Source: Eledone cirrhosa
Lineage: Eukaryota
NCBI GenBank assembly: GCA_964016885.1
Contig: CAXHJY010000814.1
Span: 23,194 to 87,193, forward strand
Direction of reading: 5' to 3'
DNA length: 64,000 nt
The translations under genes were made by a program, and so were the position numbers. Below the pieces are notes generated by a model, which did no database searches, was not told the DNA's origin, and was given only the letters and a program-made list of their open reading frames with translations. The stretch's first letter is position 1; each line of letters begins with the position of its first letter. This document shows, piece by piece, positions 38,401-51,710 of this stretch.

Positions 38401-41400
38401 TTCCAAGGGTCCAACACCAAATCCCTTTCTGCATGCCACTCTTTCCACTGCACCTCCTCCAGCTTTGTCTACGGACTCTTTTGAACGGAATCTGGAGTCC
38501 CCTATGTCAAATGAACGTTGTTTCTCGCTAATATCAAATGAGGACACTGACTCATATCTTGCATTTATCTTAGATGAATACGAGGGAGAATTTCAAGAAC
38601 AACAACCTCAAGGAAACAACGAGCGAAATAGGTGACCAAGTGGATTGGGGACTTTGACCCCAGCTTTAACACTGAGTCAGGAATAAAAACAAACGCTACC
38701 TACTCTGCTCAAGAAAAGAACAAAGACAACGAGATTCCTAAGACGACTTCACTGATCAGCAGAAATGGGTGAAATACAGGCACCTAATAAAGTCAAACAC
38801 AGAAGCACCAAGTCCCACTTTATTAACAGATTCTCAATTATAATTTTCTTATATTGCATGTCATATTAATATAATTTACTTTGTATGACATTTATTGTAA
38901 TTTTTATTTCTCTATGGCAATTAAAAAGAAGAAACAAAGAAATTTGATCTAAGAAAAATATGAAAATAGATGCCTGCCATAGCTCCCTTCCTCCTCACAT
39001 CACAAATACCACCACACTCACACCCCTCCACTCATTCCAGCAAGAACACAACCTCCGGAAACTTCTCATCCATAGCTCCCTTACACCTCACCACAAACAC
39101 CACCACCATCCAAGGGCCCAAAAGCAAATCCTTCTCTGCCTGGCATTCCTCCTACTGCACCTCCTCCAGCTTTGTCTACGGACTCCTTTGAACGGAATCT
39201 GGAGTCCCCTATGTCACATGAACGTTGTTTCTCGCTAATATCGAATGAGGACACTCACTCATCCGACAGACATCTCGCATTTATCTTAGATGAATACGAG
39301 GGAGAATTTCAAGAACAACAACCACAAGGAAACAACGAGCAAAATAGGTGACCAAGTGGATTGGGGACTTTGACCCCAGCTTTAACACTGAGTCAGGAAT
39401 ACATACAAATGCTGTTTACTCTGCTCAAAAAAAGAACAAAGACATCGAGATTCCTAAGACGACTTCACCGATCAACAGAATTGGGTGAAATACAGGCACC
39501 TAATAAAGTCAAACACAGAAGCACCAAGTCCCACTTTATTAACAGATTCTCAATTATAATTTTCTTATATTGCATGTCATATTAATATAATTTACTTTGT
39601 ATGACATTTATTGTAATTTTTATTTCTCTATGGCAATTAAAAAGAAGAAACAAAGAAATTTGATCTTAAAAAATTATGAAAATAGAAGACCGCCATAGCT
39701 CCCTTCCTCCTCACATCACAAACACCACCACCCTCTACCACACTCACACCCTTCTATTCATTCAAGCACGAACACAACCTCCGGACCCTGTTCACCCATA
39801 GCTCCCTTCCTCATCACATTACAAACACCATCACCCTCCTCCACTCATTCAAGTGCAAACACAACCTCCAAAACCACTTCATTCATAGCTCCCTTCCACC
39901 TCCTATCAGAAACACCATCACACTCCACCTCCACCAAACTCACAAACCTCCACACATTCAAGGTCGAACGCAAACTCCAGATCTTCCTCATCCATAGCTC
40001 CCTTCCTCCTCACATCAAAAAAACACCACCACCTTCCAAGGGTCCAACACCAAATCCCTTTCTGCATGCCACTCTTTCCACTGCACCTCCTCCAGCTTTG
40101 TCTACGGACTCTTTTGAACGGAATCTGGAGTCCCCTATGTCAAATGAACGTTGTTTCTCGCTAATATCAAATGAGGACACTGACTCATCCGACGAATATC
40201 TTGCATTTATCTTAGATGAATACGAGGGAGAATTTCAAGAACAACAACCTCAAGGAAACAACGAGCGAAATAGGTGACCAAGTGGATTGGGGACTTTGAC
40301 CCCAGCTTTAACACTGAGTCAGGAATAAAAACAAACGCTACCTACTCTGCTCAAGAAAAGAACAAAGACAACGAGATTCCTAAGACGACTTCACTGATCA
40401 GCAGAAATGGGTGAAATACAGGCACCTAATAAAGTCAAACACAGAAGCACCAAGTCCCACTTTATTAACAGATTCTCAATTATAATTTTCTTATATTGCA
40501 TGTCATATTAATATAATTTACTTTGTATGACATTTATTGTAATTTTTATTTCTCTATGGCAATTAAAAAGAAGAAACAAAGAAATTTGATCTAAGAAAAA
40601 TATGAAAATAGATGCCTGCCATAGCTCCCTTCCACCTCACATCACAAATACCACCACCACACTCACACCTCTCCACTCATTCCAGCAAGAACACAACCTC
40701 CGGAAACTTCTCATCCATAGCTCCCTTACACCTCACCACAAACACCACCACCATCCAAGGGCCCAAAAGCAAATCCTTCTCTGCCTGGCATTCCTCCTAC
40801 TGCACCTCCTCCAGCTTTGTCTACGGACTCCTTTGAACGGAATCTGGAGTCCCCTATGTCACATGAACGTTGTTTCTCGCTAATATCGAATGAGGACACT
40901 CACTCATCCGACAGACATCTTGCATTTATCTTAGATGAATACGAGGGAGAATTTCAAGAACAACAACCACAAGGAAACAACGAGCAAAATAGGTGACCAA
41001 GTGGATTGGGGACTTTGACCCCAGCTTTAACACTGAGTCAAGAATACATACAAATGCTGTTTACTCTGCTCAAAAAAAGAACAAAGACAACGAGATTCCT
41101 AAGACGACTTCACTGATCAACAGAAATGGGTGAAATACAGGCACCTAATAAAGTCAAACACAGAAACACCAAGTCCCACTTTATTAACAGATTCTCAATT
41201 ATAATTTTCTTATATTGCATGTCATATTAATATAATTTACTTTGTATGACATTTATTGTAATTTTTATTTCTCTATGGCAATTAAAAAGAAGAAACAAAG
41301 AAATTTGATCTTAAAAAATTATGAAAATAGAAGACCGCCATAGCTCCCTTACACCTCATATCACAAACACCACCACCCTCTACCACACTCACACCCTTCT

Positions 41401-44400
41401 ATTCATTCAAGCACGAACACAACCTCCGGACCCTGTTCACCCATAGCTCCCTTCCTCATCACATTACAAACACCATCACCCTCCTCCACTCATTCAAGTG
41501 CAAACACAACCTCCAAAACCACTTCATTCATAGCTCCCTTCCACCTCTTATCACAAACACCATCACACTCCACCTCCACCAAACTCACAAACCTCCACAC
41601 ATTCAAGGACGAACGCAACCTCCAGATCTTCCTCATCCATAGCTCCCTTCCTCCTCACATCAAAAAAACACCACCACCTTCCAAGGGTCCAACACCAAAT
41701 CCCTTTCTGCATGCCACTCTTTCCACTGCACCTCCTCCAGCTTTGTCTACGGACTCTTTTGAACGGAATCTGGAGTCCCCTATGTCAAATGAACGTTGTT
41801 TATCGCTAATATCAAATGAGGACACTGACTCATATCTTGCATTTATCTTAGATGAATACGAGGGAGAATTTCAAGAACAACAACCTCAAGGAAACAACGA
41901 GCGAAATAGGTGACCAAGTGGATTGGGGACTTTGACCCCAGCTTTAACACTGAGTCAGGAATAAAAACAGACACTACCTACTCTGCTCAAGAAAAGAACA
42001 AAGACAACGAGATTCCTAAGACGACTTCACTGATCAGCAGAAATGGGTGAAATACAGGCACCTAATAAAGTCAAACACAGAAGCACCAAGTCCCACTTTA
42101 TTAACAGATTCTCAATTATAATTTTCTTATATTGCATGTCATATTAATATAATTTACTTTGTATGACATTTATTGTAATTTTTATTTCTCTATGGCAATT
42201 AAAAAGAAGAAACAAAGAAATTTGATCTAAGAAAAATATGAAAATAGATGCCTGCCATAGCTCCCTTCCTCCTCACATCACAAATACCACCACACTCACA
42301 CCCCTCCACTCATTCCAGCAAGAACACAACCTCCGGAAACTTCTCATCCATAGCTCCCTTACACCTCACCACAAACACCACCACCATCCAAGGGCCCAAA
42401 AGCAAATCCTTCTCTGCCTGGCATTCCTCCTACTGCACCTCCTCCAGCTTTGTCTACGGACTCCTTTGAACGGAATCTGGAGTCCCCTATGTCACATGAA
42501 CGTTGTTTCTCGCTAATATCGAATGAGGACACTCACTCATCCGACAGACATCTTGCATTTATCTTAGATGAATACGAGGGAGAATTTCAAGAACAACAAC
42601 CACAAGGAAACAACGAGCAAAATAGGTGACCAAGTGGATTGGGGACTTTGACCCCAGCTTTAACACTGAGTCAAGAATACATACAAATGCTGTTTACTCT
42701 GCTCAAAAAAAGAACAAAGACAACGAGATTCCTAAGACGACTTCACCGATCAACAGAAATGGGTGAAATACAGGCACCTAATAAAGTCAAACACAGAAAC
42801 ACCAAGTCCCACTTTATTAACAGATTCTCAATTATAATTTTCTTATATTGCATGTCATATTAATATAATTTACTTTGTATGACATTTATTGTAATTTTTA
42901 TTTCTCTATGGCAATTAAAAAGAAGAAACAAAGAAATTTGATCTTAAAAAATTATGAAAATAGAAGACCGCCATAGCTCCCTTACACCTCATATCACAAA
43001 CACCACCACCCTCTACCACACTCACACCCTTCTATTCATTCAAGCACGAACACAACCTCCGGACCCTGTTCACCCATAGCTCCCTTCCTCATCACATTAC
43101 AAACACCATCACCCTCCTCCACTCATTCAAGTGCAAACACAACCTCCAAAACCACTTCATTCATAGCTCCCTTCCACCTCTTATCACAAACACCATCACA
43201 CTCCACCTCCACCAAACTCACAAACCTCCACACATTCAAGGACGAACGCAACCTCCAGATCTTCCTCATCCATAGCTCCCTTCCTCCTCACATCAAAAAA
43301 ACACCACCACCTTCCAAGGGTCCAACACCAAATCCCTTTCTGCATGCCACTCTTTCCACTGCACCTCCTCCAGCTTTGTCTACGGACTCTTTTGAACGGA
43401 ATCTGGAGTCCCCTATGTCAAATGAACGTTGTTTATCGCTAATATCAAATGAGGACACTGACTCATATCTTGCATTTATCTTAGATGAATACGAGGGAGA
43501 ATTTCAAGAACAACAACCTCAAGGAAACAACGAGCGAAATAGGTGACCAAGTGGATTGGGGACTTTGACCCCAGCTTTAACACTGAGTCAGGCATACAAA
43601 CAAACACTACTCTGCTCAAAAAAAGAACAAAGACAACGAGATTCCTAAGACGACTTCACTGATCAGCAGAAATGGGTGAAATACAGGCACCTAATAAAGT
43701 CAAACACAGAAACACCAAGTCCCACTTTATTAACAGATTCTCAATTATAATTTTCTTATATTGCATGTCATATTAATATAATTTACTTTGTATGACATTT
43801 ATTGTAATTTTTATTTCTCTAAGGCAATTAAAAAGAAGAAACAAAGAAATTTGATCTAAGAAAAATATGAAAATAGATGCCTGCCATAGCTCCCTTCCTC
43901 CTCACATCACAAACACCACCACACTCACACCCCTCCACTCATTCCAGCAAGAACACAACCTCCGGAAACTTCTCATCCATAGCTCCCTTACACCTCACCA
44001 CAAACACCACCACCATCCAAGGGCCCAAAAGCAAATCCTTCTCTGCCTGGCATTCCTCCTACTGCACCTCCTCCAGCTTTGTCTACGGACTCCTTTGAAC
44101 GGAATCTGGAGTCCCCTATGTCAAATGAACGTTGTTTCTCGCTAATATCGAATGAGGACACTGACTCATCCGACAGACATCTTGCATTTATCTTCGAGGA
44201 ATACGAGGGAGAATTTCAAGAACAACAACCACAAGGAAACAACGAGCAAAATAGGTGACCAAGTGGATTGGGGACTTTGACCCCAGCTTTAACACTGAGT
44301 CAGGCATACAAACAAATACTACTCTGCTCAAAAAAAGAACAAAGACAACGAGATTCCTAAGACGACTTCACTGATCAGCAGAAATGGGTGAAATACAGGC

Positions 44401-47400
44401 ACCTAATAAAGTCAAACACAGAAACACCAAGTCCCACTTTATTAACAGATTCTCAATTATAATTTTCTTATATTGCATGTCATATTAATATAATTTACTT
44501 TGTATGACATTTATTGTAATTTTTATTTCTCTATGGCAATTAAAAAGAAGAAACAAAGAAATTTGATCTAAGAAAAATATGAAAATAGATGCCTGCCATA
44601 GCTCCCTTCCACCTCACATCACAAATACCACCACCACACTCACACCCCTCCACTCATTCCAGCAAGAACACAACCTCCGGAAACTTCTCATCCATAGCTC
44701 CCTTACACCTCACCACAAACACCACCACCATCCAAGGGCCCAAAAGCAAATCCTTCTCTGCCTGGCATTCCTCCTACTGCACCTCCTCCAGCTTTGTCTA
44801 CGGACTCCTTTGAACGGAATCTGGAGTCCCCTATGTCACATGAACGTTGTTTCTCGCTAATATCGAATGAGGACACTCACTCATCCGACAGACATCTTGC
44901 ATTTATCTTAGATGAATACGAGGGAGAATGTCAAGAACAACAACCACAAGGAAACGAGCGAAATAGGTGACCAAGTGGATTGGGGACTTTGACCCCAGCT
45001 TTAACACTGAGTCAGGCATACAAACAAACACTACTCTGCTCAAGAATAGAACAAAGACAACGAGATTCCTAAGACGACTTCACTGATCAACAGAAATGGG
45101 TGAAATACAGGCACCTAATAAAGTCAAACACTGAAGCACCAAGTCCCATTTTATTAACAGATTCTCAATTATAATTTTCTTATATTGCATGTCATATTAA
45201 CATAATTTACTTTGTATGACATTTATTGTAATTTTTATTTCTCTATGGCAATTAAAAAGAAGAAACAAAGAAATTTGATCTTAAAAAATTATGAAAATAG
45301 AAGACCGCCATAGCTCCCTTCCACCTCACATCACAAACACCACCACCCTCTACCACACTCACACCCTTCTATTCATTCAAGCACGAACACAACCTCCGGA
45401 CCCTGTTCACCCATAGCTCCCTTCCTCATCACATTACAAACACCATCACCCTCCTCCACTCATTCAAGTGCAAACACAACCTCCAAAACCACTTCATTCA
45501 TAGCTCCCTTCAACCTCCTATCACAAACACCATCACACTCCACCTCCACCAAACTCACAAACCTCCACACATTCAAGGACGAACGCAACCTCCAGATCTT
45601 CCTCATCCATAGCTCCCTTCCTCCTCACATCAAAAAAACACCACCACCTTCCAAGGGCCCACCACCAAATCCCTTTCTGCATGCCACTCTTTCCACTGCA
45701 CCTCCTCCAGCTTTGTCTACGGACTCTTTTGAACGGAATCTGGAGTCCCCTATGTCAAATGAACGTTGTTTCTCGCTAATATCAAATGAGGACAGTGACT
45801 CATCCGACAGACATCTTGCATTTATCTTAGATGAATACGAGGGAGAATTTCAAGAACAACAACCACAAGGAAACAACGAGCAAAATAGGTGACCAAGTGG
45901 ATTGGGGACTTTGACCCCAGCTTTAACACTGAGTCAGGCATGCAAACAAACACTACTCTGCTCAAGAATAGAACAAAGACAACGAGATTCCTAAGACGAC
46001 TTCACTGATCAACAGAAATGGGTGAAATACAGGCACCTAATAAAGTCAAACACAGAAGCACCAAGTCCCACTTTATTAACAGATTCTCAATTATAATTTT
46101 CTTATATTGCATGTCATATTAATATAATTTACTTTGTATGACATTTATTGTAATTTTTATTTCTCTATGGCAATTAAAAAGAAGAAACAAAGAAATTTGA
46201 TCTAAGAAAAATATGAAAATAGATGCCTGCCATAGCTCCCTTCCTCCTCACATCACAAATACCACCACCACACTCACACCCCTCCACTCATTCCAGCAAG
46301 AACACAACCTCCGGAAACTTCTCATCCATAGCTCCCTTACACCTCACCACAAACACCACCACCATCCAAGGGCCCAAAAGCAAATCCTTCTCTGCCTGGC
46401 ATTCCTCCTACTGCACCTCCTCCAGCTTTGTCTACGGACTCCTTTGAACGGAATCTGGAGTCCCCTATGTCACATGAACGTTGTTTCTCGCTAATATCGA
46501 ATGAGGACACTCACTCATCCGACAGACATCTTGCATTTATCTTAGATGAATACGAGGGAGAATGTCAAGAACAACAACCACAAGGAAACAACGAGCGAAA
46601 TAGGTGACCAAGTGGATTGGGGACTTTGACCCCAGCTTTAACACTGAGTCAGGCATGCAAACAAATACTACTCTACTCAAGAATAGAACAAAGACAACGA
46701 GATTCCTAAGACGACTTCACTGATCAGCAGAAATGGGTGAAATACAGGCACCTAATAAAGTCAAACACAGAAGCACCAAGTCCCACTTTATTAACAGATT
46801 CTCAATTATAATTTTCTTATATTGCATGTCATATTAATATAATTTACTTTGTATGACATTTATTGTAATTTTTATTTCTCTATGGCAATTAAAAAGAAGA
46901 AACAAAGAAATTTGATCTAAGAAAAATATGAAAATAGATGCCTGCCATAGCTCCCTTCCTCCTCACATCACAAATACCACCACCACACTCACACCCCTCC
47001 ACTCATTCCAGCAAGAACACAACCTCCGGAAACTTCTCATCCATAGCTCCCTTACACCTCACCACAAACACCACCACCATCCAAGGGCCCAAAAGCAAAT
47101 CCTTCTCTGCCTGGCATTCCTCCTACTGCACCTCCTCCAGCTTTGTCTACGGACTCCTTTGAACGGAATCTGGAGTCCCCTATGTCACATGAACGTTGTT
47201 TCTCGCTAATATCGAATGAGGACACTCACTCATCCGACAGACATCTTGCATTTATCTTAGATGAATACGAGGGAGAATGTCAAGAACAACAACCACAAGG
47301 AAACAACGAGCGAAATAGGTGACCAAGTGGATTGGGGACTTTGACCCCAGCTTTAACACTGAGTCAGGCATGCAAACAAATACTACTCTACTCAAGAATA

Positions 47401-48207
47401 GAACAAAGACAACGAGATTCCTAAGACGACTTCACTGATCAGCAGAAATGGGTGAAATACAGGCACCTAATAAAGTCAAACACAGAAGCACCAAGTCCCA
47501 CTTTATTAACAGATTCTCAATTATAATTTTCTTATATTGCATGTCATATTAATATAATTTACTTTGTATGACATTTATTGTAATTTTTATTTCTCTATGG
47601 CAATTAAAAAGAAGAAACAAAGAAATTTGATCTAAGAAAAATATGAAAATAGATGCCTGCCATAGCTCCCTTCCTCCTCACATCACAAATACCACCACCA
47701 CACTCACACCCCTCCACTCATTCCAGCAAGAACACAACCTCCGGAAACTTCTCATCCATAGCTCCCTTCCTCCTCACATCACAAACACCACCACCTCCCA
47801 AGGGCCAAACAGCCAATCCCTTTCTGCCTGCCTCTCTTTCCAATGCACCTCCTCCAGCTTTGTCTATGGACTCCTTTGAACGGAATCTGGAGTCCCCTAT
47901 GTCACATGAACGTTGTTTCTTGCGAATATCGAATGAGGACACTGACTCATCCGACAGACATCTTGCATTTATCTTAGATGAATACGAGGGAGAATTTCAA
48001 GAACAACAACCACAAGGAAACAACGAGCGAAATAGGTGACCAAGTGGATTGGGGACTTTGACCCCAGCTTTAACACTGAGTCAGACATACCTATAAATGG
48101 TACCGACTCTGCTCAAGAATAGAACAAAGAGAATGAGATTCTGATGACCACTTCACCAATCAACAGAAATGGATGAAATACAGGCGCCTACTGAAGTCAA
48201 AGGCAGA
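17452..48207 (+). repeat. ~30.7 kb satellite: ~38 monomers (~715 bp and ~920 bp, mostly alternating, ~1.63 kb dimer), Penelope/parvovirus-NS1 chimera
   Basis: ORF track recurs every 1626-1642 bp (22617 to 43867) and every 712-715 bp where short units are adjacent. Each monomer is a PLE piece (HSFQQEHNLRKLLIHSSL..HSSYCTSSSFVYG) plus an NS1-B C-terminus (ERCFSLISNEDTDS(SDR)HLAFILDEY) and its 3' UTR. Confidence 0.95.
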
Positions 48208-48224
48208 AGCCAACCTATTAGTAA

Positions 48225-48362
48225 GGGAGGTCATACCTGTATTTTTCAGCTAGAGGTGCATAAGGATTTGTTATGTGCATCGTTTTTGCAAACTAAGACC
48301 ACAGCTGCAAAACTATTCAAACCCTTCAATGATTACATTCCAGGAAGACTTATTTGGTCTTC
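48225..48362 (+). mobile_element. hAT (Charlie/Buster-like) transposase fragment
   Basis: IFQLEVHKDLLCASFLQTKTTAAKLFKPFNDYIPGRLIWS resembles the Buster segment IFQEDVHEDMLCALLLPTNTTAAELFKSLNDYISGKLNWS; second copy at ~49725-49858. Confidence 0.75.
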
Positions 48363-48564
48363 AAAACTAAAGTATTATTTCGTTTTCCGTCACTACACAC
48401 ACATTGTGAACTTTTCTATCTTCTGTAGGAAAAAATCCTGATTTATTACAAACTCTCTATCTCTCTATTCGGCGTATGTTAAAGAAAACACAGACTTCTA
48501 ATTTCCTTTTTTCAAGGGGAGCAACCCATACAAAACCACTATCCATGGTGAGCAACTCTTTGTT

Positions 48565-48850
48565 ACATTGAAGGTCCCAACAGCCAATCCCTCTTTGCCT
48601 GGCACTCTTTCCACTGCACCTCCTCCAGCTTTGTCTACGGACACCTTTGCACGGAATGTGGAGTCCTCTATGTCAGATGGACAGGACAGCAATTGGCAGA
48701 CTGGTTCGCCAAACACCTTGATAAGGTCCTTCATTTTGAGAGCAACTTCACCACTATAGCCTCGGTGTTGCCCAAAGAGAGAGCACATCGTGTTGGGTAC
48801 GACGCTGTGTAACAAGAAGAACAACACTTGGATCTGACAACGAAATGGAG
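48565..48850 (+). mobile_element. Penelope-like GIY-YIG endonuclease fragment (un-fused relative of the satellite's PLE half)
   Basis: An unannotated frame reads GPNSQSLFAWHSFHCTSSSFVYGHLCTECGVLYVRWTGQQLADWFAKHL, matching FxCTSxxxVYxxxCxxCxxxYVGxTxxxLxxRFxEH. Confidence 0.8.
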
Positions 48851-48884
48851 TCAGCAACATAATAACCATCAAGACAAACACACA

Positions 48885-48961
48885 CAGATGGGCTGGCCAC
48901 ATCTGGAGACTGACAACAGATGGACTGGTCACATCTGGAGACAGATGTGTTGGCCACATCT
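48885..48961. repeat. Short tandem repeat (~3 copies, 25-32 bp)
   Basis: cagatgg.ctgg.cacatctggaga repeated. Confidence 0.7.
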
Positions 48962-49477
48962 AACTCAGTGACACCGTTGATGATCGGCTGTCACTGTGGT
49001 TTCATCAGTTATCTGAAAGCCAATCTACCTGATGTCTTAACCACAGTGGCCATCTTCACGACTCCCATAACACGGTCATGATGCTGCTAGGTAGGACATT
49101 AAACTGTATCCAGTGGCAAGGCTCCTGTTCAGGAGTTCAGGAGCTGTGGGGAATGTAGAGTTACCCTAACTTGTCATCATTCCCAGGTCTGCTCTGGCCC
49201 GGAGCAGTAGTATCTGTTAGGGCCCCATTTATGGGTTAAATAATTACCTTATTCGAGTGGCACCGGTAAGGTATTATCAGTCATTGAAAAAACGATGGAG
49301 AGTGTATTTAACAGCACTAGGGTTAGAGTCCCTAACTACACTGTCAAGGAACAGTCTGGTCAATATGACTCTGCTGGCTTAGAGCCACAGGGAAGGCCAG
49401 TCATTGATGGATCAGCTGCCTCTGAGACGCAACATAAAAATATAAAGAAGTCAGTTTTATCCTGCAGATGAGCCAGT

Positions 49478-49722
49478 AAAATGGGCACTCTGAATATGAG
49501 GACTGTTTGGATCCTGGAGAGGAGTTGGGTCATCTCTTTGAGGAGTGTGGTATGCAGATCCTTGCAATCCAAGAACACAGAATCCTACATGATGAGCCTG
49601 TGAAGAGAGGGATGATTGGAAAGAGGAGCCAGCTCATCACCACATCAGTACTGAGGAACACAACGAATGCTGCAGTAGGAGGAGCGCGTTTGTTGAGTAC
49701 AAGAGCCAACCTATTAGTAAGG
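49478..49722 (+). mobile_element. RTE/RTE-X LINE endonuclease N-terminal fragment
   Basis: MGTLNMRT, ILAIQEHR and LITTS..RNTTNAAVGG motifs. Confidence 0.75.
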
Positions 49723-49724
49723 GA

Positions 49725-49858
49725 GATCATACAAGTATTTTTCAGCTAGAGGTGCATAAGGATTTGTTATGTGCATCGTCATTGCAAACTAACATCGCAG
49801 TTGCAAAACTATTCAAACCCCTCAATGATTACATTCCATGAAGACTTATTTGGTATTC
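49725..49858 (+). mobile_element. hAT (Charlie/Buster-like) fragment, second copy
   Basis: Direct paralogue of 48225-48362. Confidence 0.7.
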
Positions 49859-50223
49859 AAAACTAAAGTATTATTTCGTTTTCCGTCACTACACAAACGT
49901 TGTGAACTTTTCTATTATCTGTAGGGAAAAATCCTGATTTTTTACTAACTCTTTCTCTCTCTATCAATTCAGCCTATTTCAAAGAAAATGGAAAGGGATT
50001 GTCAAGAGAGTTCCAACTGCCCACATAGGAGTTGAAGGATGATGTTGAGATTCTATTAGTTTAGCTCTTCATCTACCCACTGTATATCTTTTTTTTTCTC
50101 TTTCTTTATTATTGGTTTTCCACCTATGCATTTTACACCCACTTCTTAACTAGTTATTTGTCCCTACCCTATCTAATCTAGACGTTACCTATTCCTGATT
50201 TTACCTTATCCTCTCCTATCTCA

Positions 50224-50332
50224 TAATTGTTTCTACTTTTGGTATAGGGCCAGCAATTACCCAGTACATTACTGGTACTTTATTTTATCGACCCCGTAAG
50301 GATGAAAGGCAAAGTTAACCTCGACGGAATTT
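50224..50332 (-). mobile_element. Deu/Nin-like SINE 3' half
   Basis: Reverse complement of the 3' part of 7012-7203. Confidence 0.75.
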
Positions 50333-50344
50333 CTTTCAGGCCCA

Positions 50345-51578
50345 TTTTTTAAGGTGTTACAGATTTATAAAGAGACAGACCGGCAGTAAGAATGAAATCA
50401 AGAATAGCACAAAAAATGCCTGAAGATTATAAAAAAATAATCGAATTTCACAGGTTCATAATTAGTGCAAGAAAAAAGACTGACTTCAAACTGGATCAGA
50501 TCAGAAACATGAATGAGGTGCCACTAACGTTTGATGTGGTATCAAATAGAACAGTGGATGTTAAAGGGTCCAAAACAGTAAATGTAAAAACATCTGGACA
50601 TGAGAAAACCCATTATACTGCAGTACTGTCGTGTTATGCTGATGGAACAAAACTGACACCGCAGCTAATTTTCAAGAGGAAAACTTTACCAAGACACAAT
50701 TCCACATGGAATGTTTGTTCACATCCATCCAAAGGGGTGGACGGATGAAGAGGGAGTAAAGTTATGGCTAGATCAGGTCTAGTTAAGGCGTTCCGGTGGC
50801 CTCCTTAAAAAAACCATCCCTTCTTGTGTGGGACCAGTTTCCTGCCCACAAAACAAAGGCTATTAAAGAAAGGGTGCAGAAATTGAAAACGGAAATGGCA
50901 GTGATCCCTGGTGGTTTAACAAGCCAATTACAACCACTGGACGTATCAATCAACAAGCCTTTTAAGACATTTATGAAAGAAGAGTGGAATTAGTGAATGT
51001 GAGCCAAGGACTATGACCTAACACCAACGATTGCTCAGGTGTGCGAGTAGGTCCTGAAATCATGGAACGCTGTGAAAGCTGAATCTTTTAAAAAATGTGA
51101 CATCAGTAATGCATTAGATGACACAGATGTTGACATTCTGTTTGAAGATAGTGACACTTCGGACAGTATTGATGAGCCTGATGATTTTTCTGGTTTTGAG
51201 GCTATGGATGACTGCAGTCAGTTTTCAGGATTTGAAGAGTGAAATAGTATCCTTATACTTGTACGTTTAATATTTGCACACTTTTTAATCTTTTTCCATT
51301 GTAATTTAATTGTGACGTTTGTTTTGTCATGTCCATGTGAAATTTTTACAAATGGTAGAAACATGAAATATTTTCAGAATTTGAAGATTAAGTGACATGC
51401 TGGAGGTTACATTGAGGGCTTTTTTTTTTCATTGCATCTGTAAAGGTAACAACACCTGATGGGGCCTTGCGTCCTGGAGGCTGAAGGTTGTTTATTGTAT
51501 TTTTTTTTTCAAATTTTTGGTTGTCAAAATTAGGGTGCGTCCTCGAGGACAAAGCGTCTTCGGCGCCAGGAAATACGG
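50345..51578 (+). mobile_element. pogo/Tigger DNA transposon, 5'-truncated (DDE_1 transposase pseudogene)
   Basis: NMNEVPLTFD, KTSGHEK, ADGTKL, LLVWDQFPAH, VIPGGLTSQLQPLDVSINKPFK and SFKKCDISNALD motifs, an acidic tail, and a pogo-type end ...gaaatacgg. Confidence 0.9.
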
Positions 51579-51710
51579 TTAATTCCCACCAATATTATTT
51601 ATTTTCTTTAGGGTTAATTTCTATTGTTTCGACTGTCATACATCCTCCTACTAATAATTAGATATATTTTTTATTCCTTATCATAATACAAATTATTTTG
51701 TATATATATT

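Noticed and set aside
18340-47879. Repeated 73-102 aa ORFs (MKIDACHSS.., MPAIAP.., MGTLTP..) as a tandem gene family
   Set aside because: They are chance frames across PLE and NS1 remnants. Stops and start losses vary among copies, some starts are not ATG, and no splice or promoter structure is evident.
17452-48207. rDNA, histone, snRNA or tRNA tandem cluster
   Set aside because: No such motifs in the monomer; both halves are explained by PLE and NS1 homology.
49080-49245. Probable interspersed repeat upstream of the RTE fragment
   Set aside because: It looks like a mollusc repeat but is single-copy in this window with no diagnostic motif, so it cannot be supported here.
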